Of a stretch of 64,000 nucleotides of DNA, positions 46,913 through 56,699 are shown piece by piece (the first letter of the stretch is position 1; the number at the start of each line of letters is the position of its first letter). The notes under the pieces are model-generated. The model did no database searches. It was not told the origin of the DNA and saw only the letters and a list, made by a program, of their open reading frames with translations. Origin of the DNA: a bacterium (GTDB lineage: Bacteria; Desulfobacterota; DSWW01); the NCBI GenBank assembly GCA_040756235.1, contig JBFLZG010000066.1, forward strand, positions 5,891-69,890, read 5' to 3'. The position numbers and the translations under genes were made by a program.

Positions 46913-48769
46913 ATGCTTGGTTACATGGGAAAGATCCTTCGCGTGAACCTGTCTGACGGCAAGATCACCCGGCAGGACGTCGATCCGCAGATGGCCCAGA
47001 GCTACATCGGAGGAGCCGGGTTTGCGACCCAGCTCATCTTCGAGGAGGTGCCGGCCAAGTGCGATCCTCTGGGGCCGGACAACCGGCTGGTCTTCATGAC
47101 CGGACCGGTCACCGGAACGGCCTTCCCTACGTCCGGCCGCTTCGTCGTGGCCACGAAGTCGCCGCTGACCGGTATCCTGGCGACGTCCGCTTCCTCGGGC
47201 TTCTGGGGGGTCGAGCTGAAGCGCACCGGCCACGACGGCATCATCTTCGAAGGCAAGGCCGCTCGGCCCGTGTACCTGGAGATCCGGGACGACGAGGTTG
47301 CGCTGAAGGACGCCTCGGATCTCCGGGGCAAGGACGCCTATGAGACGCAGGACGTCCTGAGAGAGCGGTTGGGCAAGAAGAGGGCGCGGGTCGCCTGCAT
47401 CGGGCCCGCCGGAGAGAAGCTCGCCCCGATCGCCTGCGTGATGAACGATGCCGGACGGGCTGCCGGCCGCGGCGGCGTCGGCGCGGTCATGGGCTCGAAG
47501 AACTTGAAGGCCATCGTGGTCCTTGGGTCGCGCAAGATCGAGACCGCTGCGGACGAGTTTCTCAAGCTCATGACCAAGGAGGTCATCAAAGGGATCCAGG
47601 CGGACCCGTTCGCCGGGTTCTTCACGAAGTGGGGCACGGCTTTCAGCATGGACATGGGCTGGGCCGCCGGGGACGTGCCGGTCAAGAACTGGCAGGTCGG
47701 CCAGTGGGGGGAGGGCTGCACGAAGCTGGGGGGTGCGCGGATGGCCGCGACCATCCTCAAGCCGCACACGGGCGCGTGCCACAACTGCCCGATCCGGTGC
47801 GCCCGTTGGGTCCAGGTCCCGGAAGGCCGCTTCGCCTATGAAGGGCCCGGCCCTGAGTACGAGACCCTGGGCGCCTTCGGGACCATGCTCCTCATCGACG
47901 ACCTGGAGGCGGTCTCCTGGATGGGCGAGCTGTGCAACAAGTACGGGCTGGACACCATCTCCGCGGGCTGCACCATCGCCTGGGCCATGGAGGCTTACGA
48001 GAAAGGGGCGATCACCCAAAAAGACACGGGCGGGCTCGAGCTCACCTGGGGCAACGTGGACGCGGCGGTCCGGCTCGTGGAGCAGATGGGGCGCGTGGAG
48101 GGGTTCGGCGCCCTGCTGGCCCAGGGGTCCCGCGAAGCGGCACGGAAAGTCGGAAAAGGCTCCGAGGAGTACGCCATCCAGGTCAAGGGGCTCGAGGTCC
48201 CGATGCACGATCCGCGGTGCTACTTCAGCCTGGCGGTGAACTACGCGACCGGCACGAGGGGCGCTTGCCACGTGCAGGGCGGCTCCTACGTGGTCGAGAT
48301 CGGCGTGATCAGCCCGGAGACCGGCCTCTCGCACCGGCAGGGGCGGTTCGACAAGAAGAACAAGGGGCTGGCGGCCAAGGCCTTCCAGGACCTGAGCGCG
48401 ATCTACAACTCCACCGCGGTCTGCATGTTCGCCGCCATGGGGCTGCAGCCGTCGCACCTGGGCACCCTGCTCAGCATCGTCACGGGCATGCCCCACAACG
48501 CCTTCACGGTCCTGCAGGCGGGCGAGCGGATCATCAACCTCCAGCGGGCCTTCGCGTGCCGGGAAGGGATTTCGAAAAAGGACGACGTGCTGCCCAAGCG
48601 GCTCGTCACGCCTCTGCCGGACGGCGGGGCGGCGGGAAAGGCGGCCGATCTCGAATACCAACTCAAAGAGTACTATCAGCTGAGGCAGTGGGACGACAAC
48701 GGGATTCCGAAGCGGGAGAAGCTCGAGGCGCTGGGCCTCGCCCGGGCTGCCAGGGACCTGCACGGGTGA
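46913..48769 (+). CDS. aor: Aldehyde:ferredoxin oxidoreductase family (tungsten/AOR)
   Basis: KSPLTG, IGPAGE, AGRGGVGAVMGSKNLKA, CHNCPIRC, EYET, GLDTIS and RGACH. Confidence 0.93.
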   Translation: MLGYMGKILRVNLSDGKITRQDVDPQMAQSYIGGAGFATQLIFEEVPAKCDPLGPDNRLVFMTGPVTGTAFPTSGRFVVATKSPLTGILATSASSGFWGVELKRTGHDGIIFEGKAARPVYLEIRDDEVALKDASDLRGKDAYETQDVLRERLGKKRARVACIGPAGEKLAPIACVMNDAGRAAGRGGVGAVMGSKNLKAIVVLGSRKIETAADEFLKLMTKEVIKGIQADPFAGFFTKWGTAFSMDMGWAAGDVPVKNWQVGQWGEGCTKLGGARMAATILKPHTGACHNCPIRCARWVQVPEGRFAYEGPGPEYETLGAFGTMLLIDDLEAVSWMGELCNKYGLDTISAGCTIAWAMEAYEKGAITQKDTGGLELTWGNVDAAVRLVEQMGRVEGFGALLAQGSREAARKVGKGSEEYAIQVKGLEVPMHDPRCYFSLAVNYATGTRGACHVQGGSYVVEIGVISPETGLSHRQGRFDKKNKGLAAKAFQDLSAIYNSTAVCMFAAMGLQPSHLGTLLSIVTGMPHNAFTVLQAGERIINLQRAFACREGISKKDDVLPKRLVTPLPDGGAAGKAADLEYQLKEYYQLRQWDDNGIPKREKLEALGLARAARDLHG

Positions 48770-48850
48770 GAGGCTGTCAGCCGCCGCTGCCCGGCGGCGC
48801 TGCAGGGGCGACGCGGGCGTCGCCCGTTCTTGGGATGAACGAGGTGACAG

Positions 48851-49192
48851 ATGACCGGCAAAGACTACGTTCAGGAAGCGATCGACAAGGCGGAGAAGGT
48901 GCTGTCAGGGGTGCGCACGTCAGGGAAGCTGGACGGGCAGACCGTCTTGGAAGGCCTTGCAAAGGCCTGCTCGGATCTGGGTCAGGTGAAGAACCGGGCG
49001 ACCTTGAAGACGCGCGCCGGCGTGAACCTGGCGCTGCCCATCTTCGAGGCTGGCCAGAACCTGGACGACTCCTGGGAGGAAGCGCAGTCGGGCGACGGCC
49101 TCGAGGATCTCGAGGAGCGAATGGAGGAGTTCGTTATGGCTGCGGACGTGCTGGTGGGGGCCCTCAAGGAGCGGACCGTGGTGATGACGTGA
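48851..49192 (+). CDS. Hypothetical helical protein
   Basis: GAGGTG RBS; acidic amphipathic-helical 113-aa ORF within the operon. Confidence 0.65.
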   Translation: MTGKDYVQEAIDKAEKVLSGVRTSGKLDGQTVLEGLAKACSDLGQVKNRATLKTRAGVNLALPIFEAGQNLDDSWEEAQSGDGLEDLEERMEEFVMAADVLVGALKERTVVMT

Positions 49193-49433
49193 GGGAGCTG
49201 CGGGCTTCGCCGTCATTCCGGCGAACCCCGGATCAGGGCCGTGAACATCACCCGAATCGGGGTCCGGGGCAGGGGCCGGAATCCAGTCCCTGTTCCCGTG
49301 ATCGCAGCCGCTCCCGGGGCAGACTTCTGGATCCCGGCTCGCACGCGCTTCGCAGGTGGGCCGGGATGACGGAATATGACAGAGCCGCCAATTGGGATGA
49401 CGTTCCCCCTGAAAACCGGGCAGGACTCGTCGG

Positions 49434-49712
49434 ATGAAGGTCATCATTACGTTCATGGGGCCCATGCGGGAGATCGCGGGGCAGGACCGCGTCGAGATGG
49501 ATCTGCCCGGCGTGCCCACCTTCGGCTCGGCCCTGGACGAGATCGGCCGGCGCTTCGGGCACAAGCTCCCTGGCCGCATCTGGGACCGCGAGCACCGCGT
49601 CTTCAAGGCGGGGATGCTCGTCATCGGGACCGGCAGGGACCTGATTGACCGCGCGTCGCTTCTCGTGGAAGGCGAGGAAATCAAGGTGCTTCCCATGCTC
49701 GGGGGAGGATAG
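49434..49712 (+). CDS. MoaD/ThiS family ubiquitin-like sulfur carrier
   Basis: MKVIITFMG..., C-terminal PMLGGG; follows AOR. Confidence 0.85.
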   Translation: MKVIITFMGPMREIAGQDRVEMDLPGVPTFGSALDEIGRRFGHKLPGRIWDREHRVFKAGMLVIGTGRDLIDRASLLVEGEEIKVLPMLGGG

Positions 49713-49716
49713 ATCG

Positions 49717-50595
49717 ATGGCCGAGATACTGATCACCGGAGGCGCGGGCAACATGGGGAGGAGCCTGGCGGGGGCGCTGCGCGGTCAGGGCCACGGCCTG
49801 CGCATTCTCGATCTGCCCGCCTGCGATTTCGGCTTCTTCGACGGCTGGGAGCGGACCAGCGTGTTCCCGGGCGACATTCTCGATCGCGGCTTCCTCCGGA
49901 ATGCCTTGAGAGGCGTGGACTGGGTCTACCATCTGGCCGCCATCCTGCCACCCGCGAGCGAGGCGAACCGGGAGCGGACCTTCCGGGTGAACGTAGAAGG
50001 AACACGCAGTCTGATCGAGGCCGCCTCCTCCGGCGCCGCTCCCTCGCGTCCTCCCACCGTGGTCCTGGCGTCTTCCGTATCTGTCTTCGGAGATACCACC
50101 TCGCATGAAGGCCTGGTCGCTTCCGGACACCCCGTGGCGCCTAACGACCTGTACGCCGCAAGCAAGGTGGAGGCCGAAGCCGTGCTCATGAAATCCGGGC
50201 TCCCCTTCGTGAATCTCCGGATATCGGCGGTCGTCATCCCCGCGTTTCTGGACCCGCCGGAGCCGTGGCCGTTCACCCGGGGGCAGCGGATCGAGCTGGT
50301 GCCGCTGGCCGACTTGGTCAGGGCCATGGCGAACCTGGCCGGGAAGGAGGGGGCGGTCCGACGGACCCTGATCCTCGCAGGCGGCCCGGAATGGCGAATC
50401 CGGGGCGAGGACTACGTGCGGCGGTGGGGCGAGGTCATGGACATCCCCCTCGAGGAGATGTCTTTCATGGAGCGGCCGGGGTGGCTGAGCTGGTACGATA
50501 CGCGCGAGTCCCAGGTTCTGCTCGACTACCAGAAGACCAGCCTGGATGCCTTCCTTGCGCAGCTCGCCGCTGCGGTTGCCGAGGCGCTCGCCTGA
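49717..50595 (+). CDS. NAD-dependent epimerase/dehydratase (extended SDR)
   Basis: ITGGAGNMG, HLAA, SSVSVFG and YAASK. Confidence 0.88.
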   Translation: MAEILITGGAGNMGRSLAGALRGQGHGLRILDLPACDFGFFDGWERTSVFPGDILDRGFLRNALRGVDWVYHLAAILPPASEANRERTFRVNVEGTRSLIEAASSGAAPSRPPTVVLASSVSVFGDTTSHEGLVASGHPVAPNDLYAASKVEAEAVLMKSGLPFVNLRISAVVIPAFLDPPEPWPFTRGQRIELVPLADLVRAMANLAGKEGAVRRTLILAGGPEWRIRGEDYVRRWGEVMDIPLEEMSFMERPGWLSWYDTRESQVLLDYQKTSLDAFLAQLAAAVAEALA

Positions 50596-50843
50596 AGAAG
50601 CTCCGCTGCCGACCGCTTCGTTCCGGTCCTTCGTCATCCCGGCCAAGGCCGCATTGAGCGTGCGGAGCGAGGACACGAAGTGTTGCGGACATTGCGAGGG
50701 AGCCACGGGCGACCGAAGCAACAGAGCCCGGGAGGTTGCTTCGCTACGCTCGCAATCTCCCATTCGCCCGGGCGGCCTTGGCCGGGGATGACAAACATGA
50801 CACAGCCACCCCTGGCCGATTAGCGGCCCGCGGCGGATGGTCC

Positions 50844-51458
50844 TCAGGCCGGTATCAGTCGGTTCTCGACGAGGTAGCTCAGGATCGCATCCACACACTC
50901 CTGGACGGACATCTTGTCGGTCCGAATGTGGATCTCCGGATTGGGCGGGGGCTCGTAGGGGGCGCTCACACCTGTGAACTCCTTGATGGATCCCTGGCGG
51001 GCTTTCTTGTACATTCCCTTGGGATCGCGTTCTTCGCACACGCCGATCGGGCAGTCGACGAAGACCTCGATGAAGTCCTTCCGCTGTCGATCCAGGTTCC
51101 TTGCAAGCTGGCGGTCCTTGATGTATGGGGATATGAACGCGGTCATGTTGATGATCCCGGCGTCCCGGAACAACTTGGCGACCTCTCCGATCCTGCGGAT
51201 GTTCTCCTCGCGATCCTCCGGAGAGAAGCCGAGGTTCCGGTTGAGCCCGTGGCGGATGTTGTCGCCGTCCAGGATGTAGGTGTGATAGCCTCTCTCGAAC
51301 AGAGCCTGTTCCAGGGCCGAGGCGAGAGTCGACTTGCCCGAGGCGGAGAGACCCGTGAACCAGATCGTAAACCCCTGGTGGTTCTTCATGCGCTCCCGGT
51401 CCGCTCGAGCGATGGCTCCTGGGTGCCAGAAGATGTTGGTGGCTTTCTGCACGGTCAT
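50844..51458 (-). CDS. cysC: Adenylyl-sulfate kinase
   Basis: [29 protein letters not shown] and FTGVSAPYE. Confidence 0.96.
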   Translation of the reverse strand: MTVQKATNIFWHPGAIARADRERMKNHQGFTIWFTGLSASGKSTLASALEQALFERGYHTYILDGDNIRHGLNRNLGFSPEDREENIRRIGEVAKLFRDAGIINMTAFISPYIKDRQLARNLDRQRKDFIEVFVDCPIGVCEERDPKGMYKKARQGSIKEFTGVSAPYEPPPNPEIHIRTDKMSVQECVDAILSYLVENRLIPA

Positions 51459-51526
51459 CGGGCTTGCCTCCTGAATGGCGTTGCGGGATTACACTCATAT
51501 AGCACTCTAAAAGGAGTCATGTCAAA

Positions 51527-51796
51527 ATGCCCAAGAGAGTGCCGAGCGATGCGACTTCGAAGGTCACGATCAAGATCCCGCGCGCCCTGTACAACCGCCT
51601 GCGGGAGATCATCGCCGGTTCCGGATTCGACTCGGTCACGGATTTCGTCGTCTACGTTCTGCGCGACCTGGCTGCGTCGAGCGGGTCGGGCGGTAAGAGT
51701 ATGGGGAAAAGGCCACGAGATCAAGGGACCGAGACCCTGACCGCGGAGGAGGTCCAGGCGGTCCGCCAGCGGCTGAAAAGCCTCGGCTATCTGTGA
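51527..51796 (+). CDS. CopG/ribbon-helix-helix regulator with RLxxLGY tail
   Basis: VTIKIPRALY..GFDSVTDFVVYVLR; C-terminal RQRLKSLGYL. Confidence 0.8.
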   Translation: MPKRVPSDATSKVTIKIPRALYNRLREIIAGSGFDSVTDFVVYVLRDLAASSGSGGKSMGKRPRDQGTETLTAEEVQAVRQRLKSLGYL

Positions 51797-51890
51797 TTCT
51801 CTGTATCGGCTTTTTTCCCCCTCGGGTTGACCTTCTCCGCCGAATGGTCTATCTCTCGCGTGATCGAGAGGGTGCGGCGGAGGGCGTCTC

Positions 51891-52727
51891 ATGCGGATCG
51901 AATCGTGGCAGTACGATCTCGTCTTCCTCGTCTTTGCCTTTCTCATGCTGCGGGAGGGTCGAAAGATCTACGGGCGCCAGGAGGCGGCCATCTTCCTCTG
52001 GGGCTCGCTCCTGTGGACCGGCATCATCGAAAACGTCAACACGATGCTCGGCGCCTATGATTATTTCGCCTACGCAAACTATTACTCCTTCGGCGGCAAG
52101 CTGATCGAAGGCTACGGCGGCTGGGTTTCCTGGATCCTGTTCGTGCCCCTGGCCGCCTGCCTGGGCTGGTTCCTGCTCAGCATGCCCGCCTTCATGATCT
52201 CGGACCAGCTCGTCGGCAGGCGCAACATCTGGCTCAAGTCCACCTTCGGGGCCGTGCTGCTCGTGAGCTGGGACGTCTTCTATGACCCCATGGCCGTGGT
52301 CAACGAGTGGTGGCGCTGGACCTCGCCCGGCTTTTACTGGCACGGGGTGCCGATCGGGAACTGGATCGGCTGGTTCTTTCTTCTCTTTTTCTTCGGCGCG
52401 ATCTACGAGCGCACGGTCGTCCAGCGCGGAGGTTTCCGGTGGCTCTCCGGGGTCGAGCGCCTGCTGTTCCAGCAGAGCACGCTGGATCTTTCCGGGACGG
52501 ACGTCCATCGGGTGGGACGCGTCTTCTATTTCCGTCTCATCGCCTTCCTGCCGGCCTTCTTTCTGTGCTGCTTCGTGATCTCCGGCGTGACCACCGTGCT
52601 CTGGAACAACCGCTGGGGACCGTTCGACAACGTCTTCCCGGCGGTCGGACAGGAAGCCTACATGGCCCCGCCCGAGGGCGCGGTGTTGAAGCCGCAGGTC
52701 CCTGTTCACCGCATCGGCCGGGATTGA
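51891..52727 (+). CDS. Membrane protein, carotenoid biosynthesis (CruF-like hydratase) family
   Basis: WDVFYDPMAV..WWRW..YWHGVPIGNWIGW; multiple TM helices. Confidence 0.7.
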   Translation: MRIESWQYDLVFLVFAFLMLREGRKIYGRQEAAIFLWGSLLWTGIIENVNTMLGAYDYFAYANYYSFGGKLIEGYGGWVSWILFVPLAACLGWFLLSMPAFMISDQLVGRRNIWLKSTFGAVLLVSWDVFYDPMAVVNEWWRWTSPGFYWHGVPIGNWIGWFFLLFFFGAIYERTVVQRGGFRWLSGVERLLFQQSTLDLSGTDVHRVGRVFYFRLIAFLPAFFLCCFVISGVTTVLWNNRWGPFDNVFPAVGQEAYMAPPEGAVLKPQVPVHRIGRD

Positions 52728-52756
52728 GAGCCGAACCGACGCCGAGGAGATCCGTC

Positions 52757-53023
52757 ATGCACGCACAACCTGTTCGCAGCCATCGGGTGGAAACTCCAAA
52801 GGAATCCGAGCAGCCGGAGACGGTCCGGCGGGCCAAGGTCCGCATGGCCGTGTGGCTTCTGCTCTTCTATCTCATCACCCTGACGTGGGCCTATCTCACC
52901 TTTCCTTTCCTGGGCTTCACCTCGCCGGTCGAGAACGTCGTCCACGGGGTGCTCGTGGCCTCCCCCTTCTGGGGCGCAATCGCGGCTGCCCTGATCGTGC
53001 TGCGCCGCAAGGGGCGTCGCTGA
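52757..53023 (+). CDS. Small two-TM membrane protein
   Basis: GAGGAG RBS and two hydrophobic segments. Confidence 0.6.
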   Translation: MHAQPVRSHRVETPKESEQPETVRRAKVRMAVWLLLFYLITLTWAYLTFPFLGFTSPVENVVHGVLVASPFWGAIAAALIVLRRKGRR

Positions 53024-53118
53024 CGCTCGTGTGCTCCGAATTCCAAAGATCGCTGCGCCGCATTACCGGTTTGTAACCGGCCGCAGCGGACTCGCTGCGG
53101 GAACAATGAGTTAGCTTC

Positions 53119-53134
53119 GGGCATGCTTCTTGCT
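53119..53134 (+). promoter_or_regulatory. Possible sigma54 promoter
   Basis: GGGCATGCTTCTTGCT with GG-N10-GC spacing. Confidence 0.45.
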
Positions 53135-53249
53135 CGATAAGCCCTCGAGAGGGGGAGCCGGCCCAAAAGGGAGCCGACCTGACCCACCGCGAGCGGATGG
53201 CTCTTTCCATCCAGTGGGAATTCGTAGAGTGGAGCAGAGGAGGCAGGCC

Positions 53250-54083
53250 ATGAAAGCGATCATACGTGTTTTGTTGGCGGTGTTGATGACGTCCGGTCTG
53301 GCCGCAGGCTGCGGGGACGACGGGGACGGCGGCACCGGCACGCTCGCGATCGACATCGCCGACGCCAAGCCGGCGCTGCCCGAGGATGTGCGGAGCGTCT
53401 ACGTCACGTTCAGCGAGGTCTCGGTCCACAGGTCGGGCGGGGGCTGGGTCTCTCTGCCCCTGCCAGCGACGCCTTACCCCCCGATCGACCTGCTCCAGTT
53501 CTGCGACGGAGTCTCGACCCAGTTCGTTCCGCCGGTCGAGCTGAAGGCGGGCCGGTACACGCAGCTTCGGATGCTGATCACTGCAGCAAGCATGGTAGCT
53601 CCGGGCCAGGACCCGATTCCTCTGGAAGTCCCCTCCGACTTCGTGAGGACGGACAAAAACTTCGAGGTTGCGGGCGGCGCGGCCGTGGACCTCACGGTTC
53701 ATTTCGACCTGAGCCAATCGATCGTCGATAAGGGCAACGGTACATACAGCCTGAAGCCGGTCCTCCACCTGCAGGAGACGCAGGCCGCGGCAAGAATCCA
53801 GGGGAGCATCGACCAGGCCTCCTTCGGCCTGTCCGGCACGGCGACGGTGGTCGTGTACTCGCAGGAGACGGAGTACACGCGGATCGTGGTCACGAAGGCG
53901 GAAACCCTGGAGCCGACGCCGTTCGCCATCTACTGGCTGGTGCCCAACCAGGTTTACCAGGTGGAGGTCGTCTCGGACGGGTTCCAGGCTTACCAGGAAG
54001 AAGTAGCGGCGGAGGCCGTGGAGCCGGGCGAGACCTTCACCCTCAACGCCGGCGCAGCCATCGTGCTCGTGCCGATCCTCTAG
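53250..54083 (+). CDS. DUF4382 domain lipoprotein
   Basis: Lipobox LAAGC; IADAKP, IDLL, GRYTQLR, FDLSQSI and YSLKPV. Confidence 0.82.
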   Translation: MKAIIRVLLAVLMTSGLAAGCGDDGDGGTGTLAIDIADAKPALPEDVRSVYVTFSEVSVHRSGGGWVSLPLPATPYPPIDLLQFCDGVSTQFVPPVELKAGRYTQLRMLITAASMVAPGQDPIPLEVPSDFVRTDKNFEVAGGAAVDLTVHFDLSQSIVDKGNGTYSLKPVLHLQETQAAARIQGSIDQASFGLSGTATVVVYSQETEYTRIVVTKAETLEPTPFAIYWLVPNQVYQVEVVSDGFQAYQEEVAAEAVEPGETFTLNAGAAIVLVPIL

Positions 54084-54258
54084 ACCAGCCGGGAAGGAGC
54101 GAGAGATCTTTCGCCGCTACCAGAGAGGGTGTCAGGCCTTCTCACCTTCTCCCCTCGGCGAGGGGAGAAGGTCGGGATGAGGGGTGAGTCTGCTCCTGTT
54201 CCCCCTCACCCTGTCCCTCTCCCCCGTGCACGGGGGAGAGGGGATTCATTTCGACAGC

Positions 54259-54537
54259 TCACTTGAGAGGCGGGGAGACTGCGGCGCTGGGGTCTGTCCT
54301 GACGAAGCACCTGGCGAGCAGGGAAAGGCGCCGCCGTCCCGGCCCCGCCGCCGAATCGGGGATCCGCCTGTTGCGCCAGGAGGCCCTGACCGCTTCGGCC
54401 AGGCTCCCGAGAACCATGATGAAGCCGAACAGGATCGCCAGAGGGATCTCGCCGTAGATCAGACTTCCAAGGATGCCGAAACCGAGGATCGCTCTTTTGG
54501 CCACCTTCCTTGCCTCTCCTGCTGGGGTTGAAATCAT
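54259..54537 (-). CDS. Small hypothetical membrane protein
   Basis: Two short hydrophobic segments; weak support. Confidence 0.35.
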   Translation of the reverse strand: MISTPAGEARKVAKRAILGFGILGSLIYGEIPLAILFGFIMVLGSLAEAVRASWRNRRIPDSAAGPGRRRLSLLARCFVRTDPSAAVSPPLK

Positions 54538-54716
54538 GTTCCCTGCGAGAGCAGTGCAAGAGAGGTGCCGCCAAGGCCCGGTTCTCTCGGCCCCTCCTCC
54601 TGCCTCGTGTTTTGCTTGTCTTTTCTAAGGCTTGTCTCTCTCCGCCGGAAGCACGCCGAGCATGCCGCCCGGGCTTCCGGCGAGCCCCGATTCTCAGAAT
54701 GATAGGAGGCGCCCTC

Positions 54717-55409
54717 TCAAGGTGAGAGTAGGGGAGCGGGGATCCGTGCCAGGACGCGCCTCGCCCTTTCGACCGCGTCTCTTTTCAAAGCGCCGCAGCG
54801 CGCGCCGGGATCTGTCTCCAGGAAGGCCCTGATCTCGCTCGCGGTGCGCTCCAAATAAGCGCGGGCAGCCGCCTCATCCGGGCCTTTCTCGGCCCAGAGC
54901 TTCCTCGGACCTTCATGCCCCCCTTCAGCCAGATACCAGTTCTTGACGTACTGGAAGCCGGCGAAAAAAAGGAGAAATCCCAGAGGCGTGGCCGCCGGAG
55001 GCACCTGCAGGTTCAGGCCGAGAAGAGTCTCCACCTGGCCCGGGTCATCTTCCTCGTAGGAGACCATCAGGTGCCCCCCGGGGGGAATGAGCCCGGCCAG
55101 GTGCCGGAAGATCGCCGCATCCAGGTCTGCCGAGGAGAGACGGACGGGGCCTTCCCCGGCCTCCGGCGCGGCGAAGGCCACTACTTCCCGATAGACGACA
55201 TCCATCCACGGCTTCACCCCGTCCTTGCCGCCGACGCTGAAGATGCCTCTTACGACCGGCGGCTCGCAGGCTGCGCCTGCCGGATTGCGGAGGTGCAGGG
55301 CAAAGCCTCGCCAGCCGCTGTTGCGGAGCTGCTTGAGCTGGCCCAGGTGGAGGGAATAAACGCCTGCCTTGCTGCCTTGGAGCGTCTGGAGCGCACCGGG
55401 ATCCGTCAT
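54717..55409 (-). CDS. DUF1122 family protein
   Basis: LIPPGGHLMVSYE, VPPAATPLG and KNWYLAEGGHEGPRKL. Confidence 0.75.
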   Translation of the reverse strand: MTDPGALQTLQGSKAGVYSLHLGQLKQLRNSGWRGFALHLRNPAGAACEPPVVRGIFSVGGKDGVKPWMDVVYREVVAFAAPEAGEGPVRLSSADLDAAIFRHLAGLIPPGGHLMVSYEEDDPGQVETLLGLNLQVPPAATPLGFLLFFAGFQYVKNWYLAEGGHEGPRKLWAEKGPDEAAARAYLERTASEIRAFLETDPGARCGALKRDAVERARRVLARIPAPLLSP

Positions 55410-55532
55410 GCCGTACCTTCCTTCGTGGTGGATGAAGGTTTGGATGCGGGGAACGCGACGAAGTAGGCAGGCACGGCCTGCGGCTGGTAGGGGTGAAAAA
55501 TCTTGCGCCCCTGCAGGTTCCTGCGTCGGGTC

Positions 55533-56699
55533 TCACGAAGCCCGCAGGGCGTCGGTGATGCCCATTCGGGATGCGCGCACGGCCGGCACGAGACCGCCGA
55601 GAAGTCCCATGAGGAGCGAGAAGGCCACGGATCCGATTACGATCCCCGGGCTCATGGAGAACCGGAAAGCCAGCTCCGCGAAGCTCTGGAAGTTCATGGT
55701 AGAGATGCTGACCAAGGTCATGAAGGATGCCAGGCCGAGCCCCGCAAAGCCGCTGAGGAGCCCCATGAGCAACGCTTCCAGGAGAAAGGCGGCGAGGATG
55801 CCCCTTCTTCGGAACCCCAGGGCCCTGAGCGTGCCGATCTCCGTCGTGCGATGAGCCACGGCCGAGTGCATCGTGATCATGGCCCCGATGACCGCCCCGA
55901 TGGAGAAGATGGCGGTCAGGGAGTACCCCAGGATGCGGAGAAACTTCGCCATCATCTCCGACTGTTCTTCGTAGTAGCGGGTCTCGGGCTTGGCCTCCAG
56001 GATGAGGCGCGGATCGTTCTCCAGGGTCTTGCGGACGGCGTGGAACTCGGAGCGGTCGCGCAGTCTGAACAGGACCGAGGAGAAGGATTGGCGCCTGAAG
56101 GTCTGCATGAGCTGCTCGGCGTCGGCCCAGATTTCCGAGCTGAAGCCGCTGGTGCCGGCGTCGAAGGTTCCCACGACCTTCCACTGCCGCGCTCCGAAGC
56201 GCAGGGTCTCGTCGAGCCCGGTCCCGGAAAACTGGCGAGCGATGCTCGCACCGACCATGATCTCGGCCGCACCGGGCCTGGGGAGGCGGCCCTCGACCGC
56301 ACGGACCTGGGGGCGGAGGGAGCGGGAGGACGGGCCGATGCCCCGAATGGTGACGTTGGAAATCTTGCCCGTCGTGCGCTTCGGCAGGCTGATCAGAACG
56401 ACGATCTCTTTGGCCGCGAGCTTGCGGCCGTCCGGGCCCGAGGCGACCTCGGGCAAGGTCTCGATGATGGCCGCCTTCTCCCTTTCCAGCCCGCTCATGA
56501 CCTCGGAAGTGGACCCCTTGCGGATCACGATCACGTTGTCTTCCGAACCCGTGGCGACCAGCGTCCTCTCCAGACCTTCGGCCAGCATCAGGATGGCCGC
56601 GAACACGAACACCACCAGGGCCATGCCGGAGACCGTGAGCACGGTCGTGAGCCGCCGGGTCCAGAGATTGCGGACGCTGTAGGAGAAAGGGATGGCCAT
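55533..56699 (-). CDS. ABC transporter permease (FtsX/MacB-like)
   Basis: RNLWTRRL, RTTEIGTLRALGF and PAVRASR. Confidence 0.92.
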   Translation of the reverse strand: MAIPFSYSVRNLWTRRLTTVLTVSGMALVVFVFAAILMLAEGLERTLVATGSEDNVIVIRKGSTSEVMSGLEREKAAIIETLPEVASGPDGRKLAAKEIVVLISLPKRTTGKISNVTIRGIGPSSRSLRPQVRAVEGRLPRPGAAEIMVGASIARQFSGTGLDETLRFGARQWKVVGTFDAGTSGFSSEIWADAEQLMQTFRRQSFSSVLFRLRDRSEFHAVRKTLENDPRLILEAKPETRYYEEQSEMMAKFLRILGYSLTAIFSIGAVIGAMITMHSAVAHRTTEIGTLRALGFRRRGILAAFLLEALLMGLLSGFAGLGLASFMTLVSISTMNFQSFAELAFRFSMSPGIVIGSVAFSLLMGLLGGLVPAVRASRMGITDALRAS

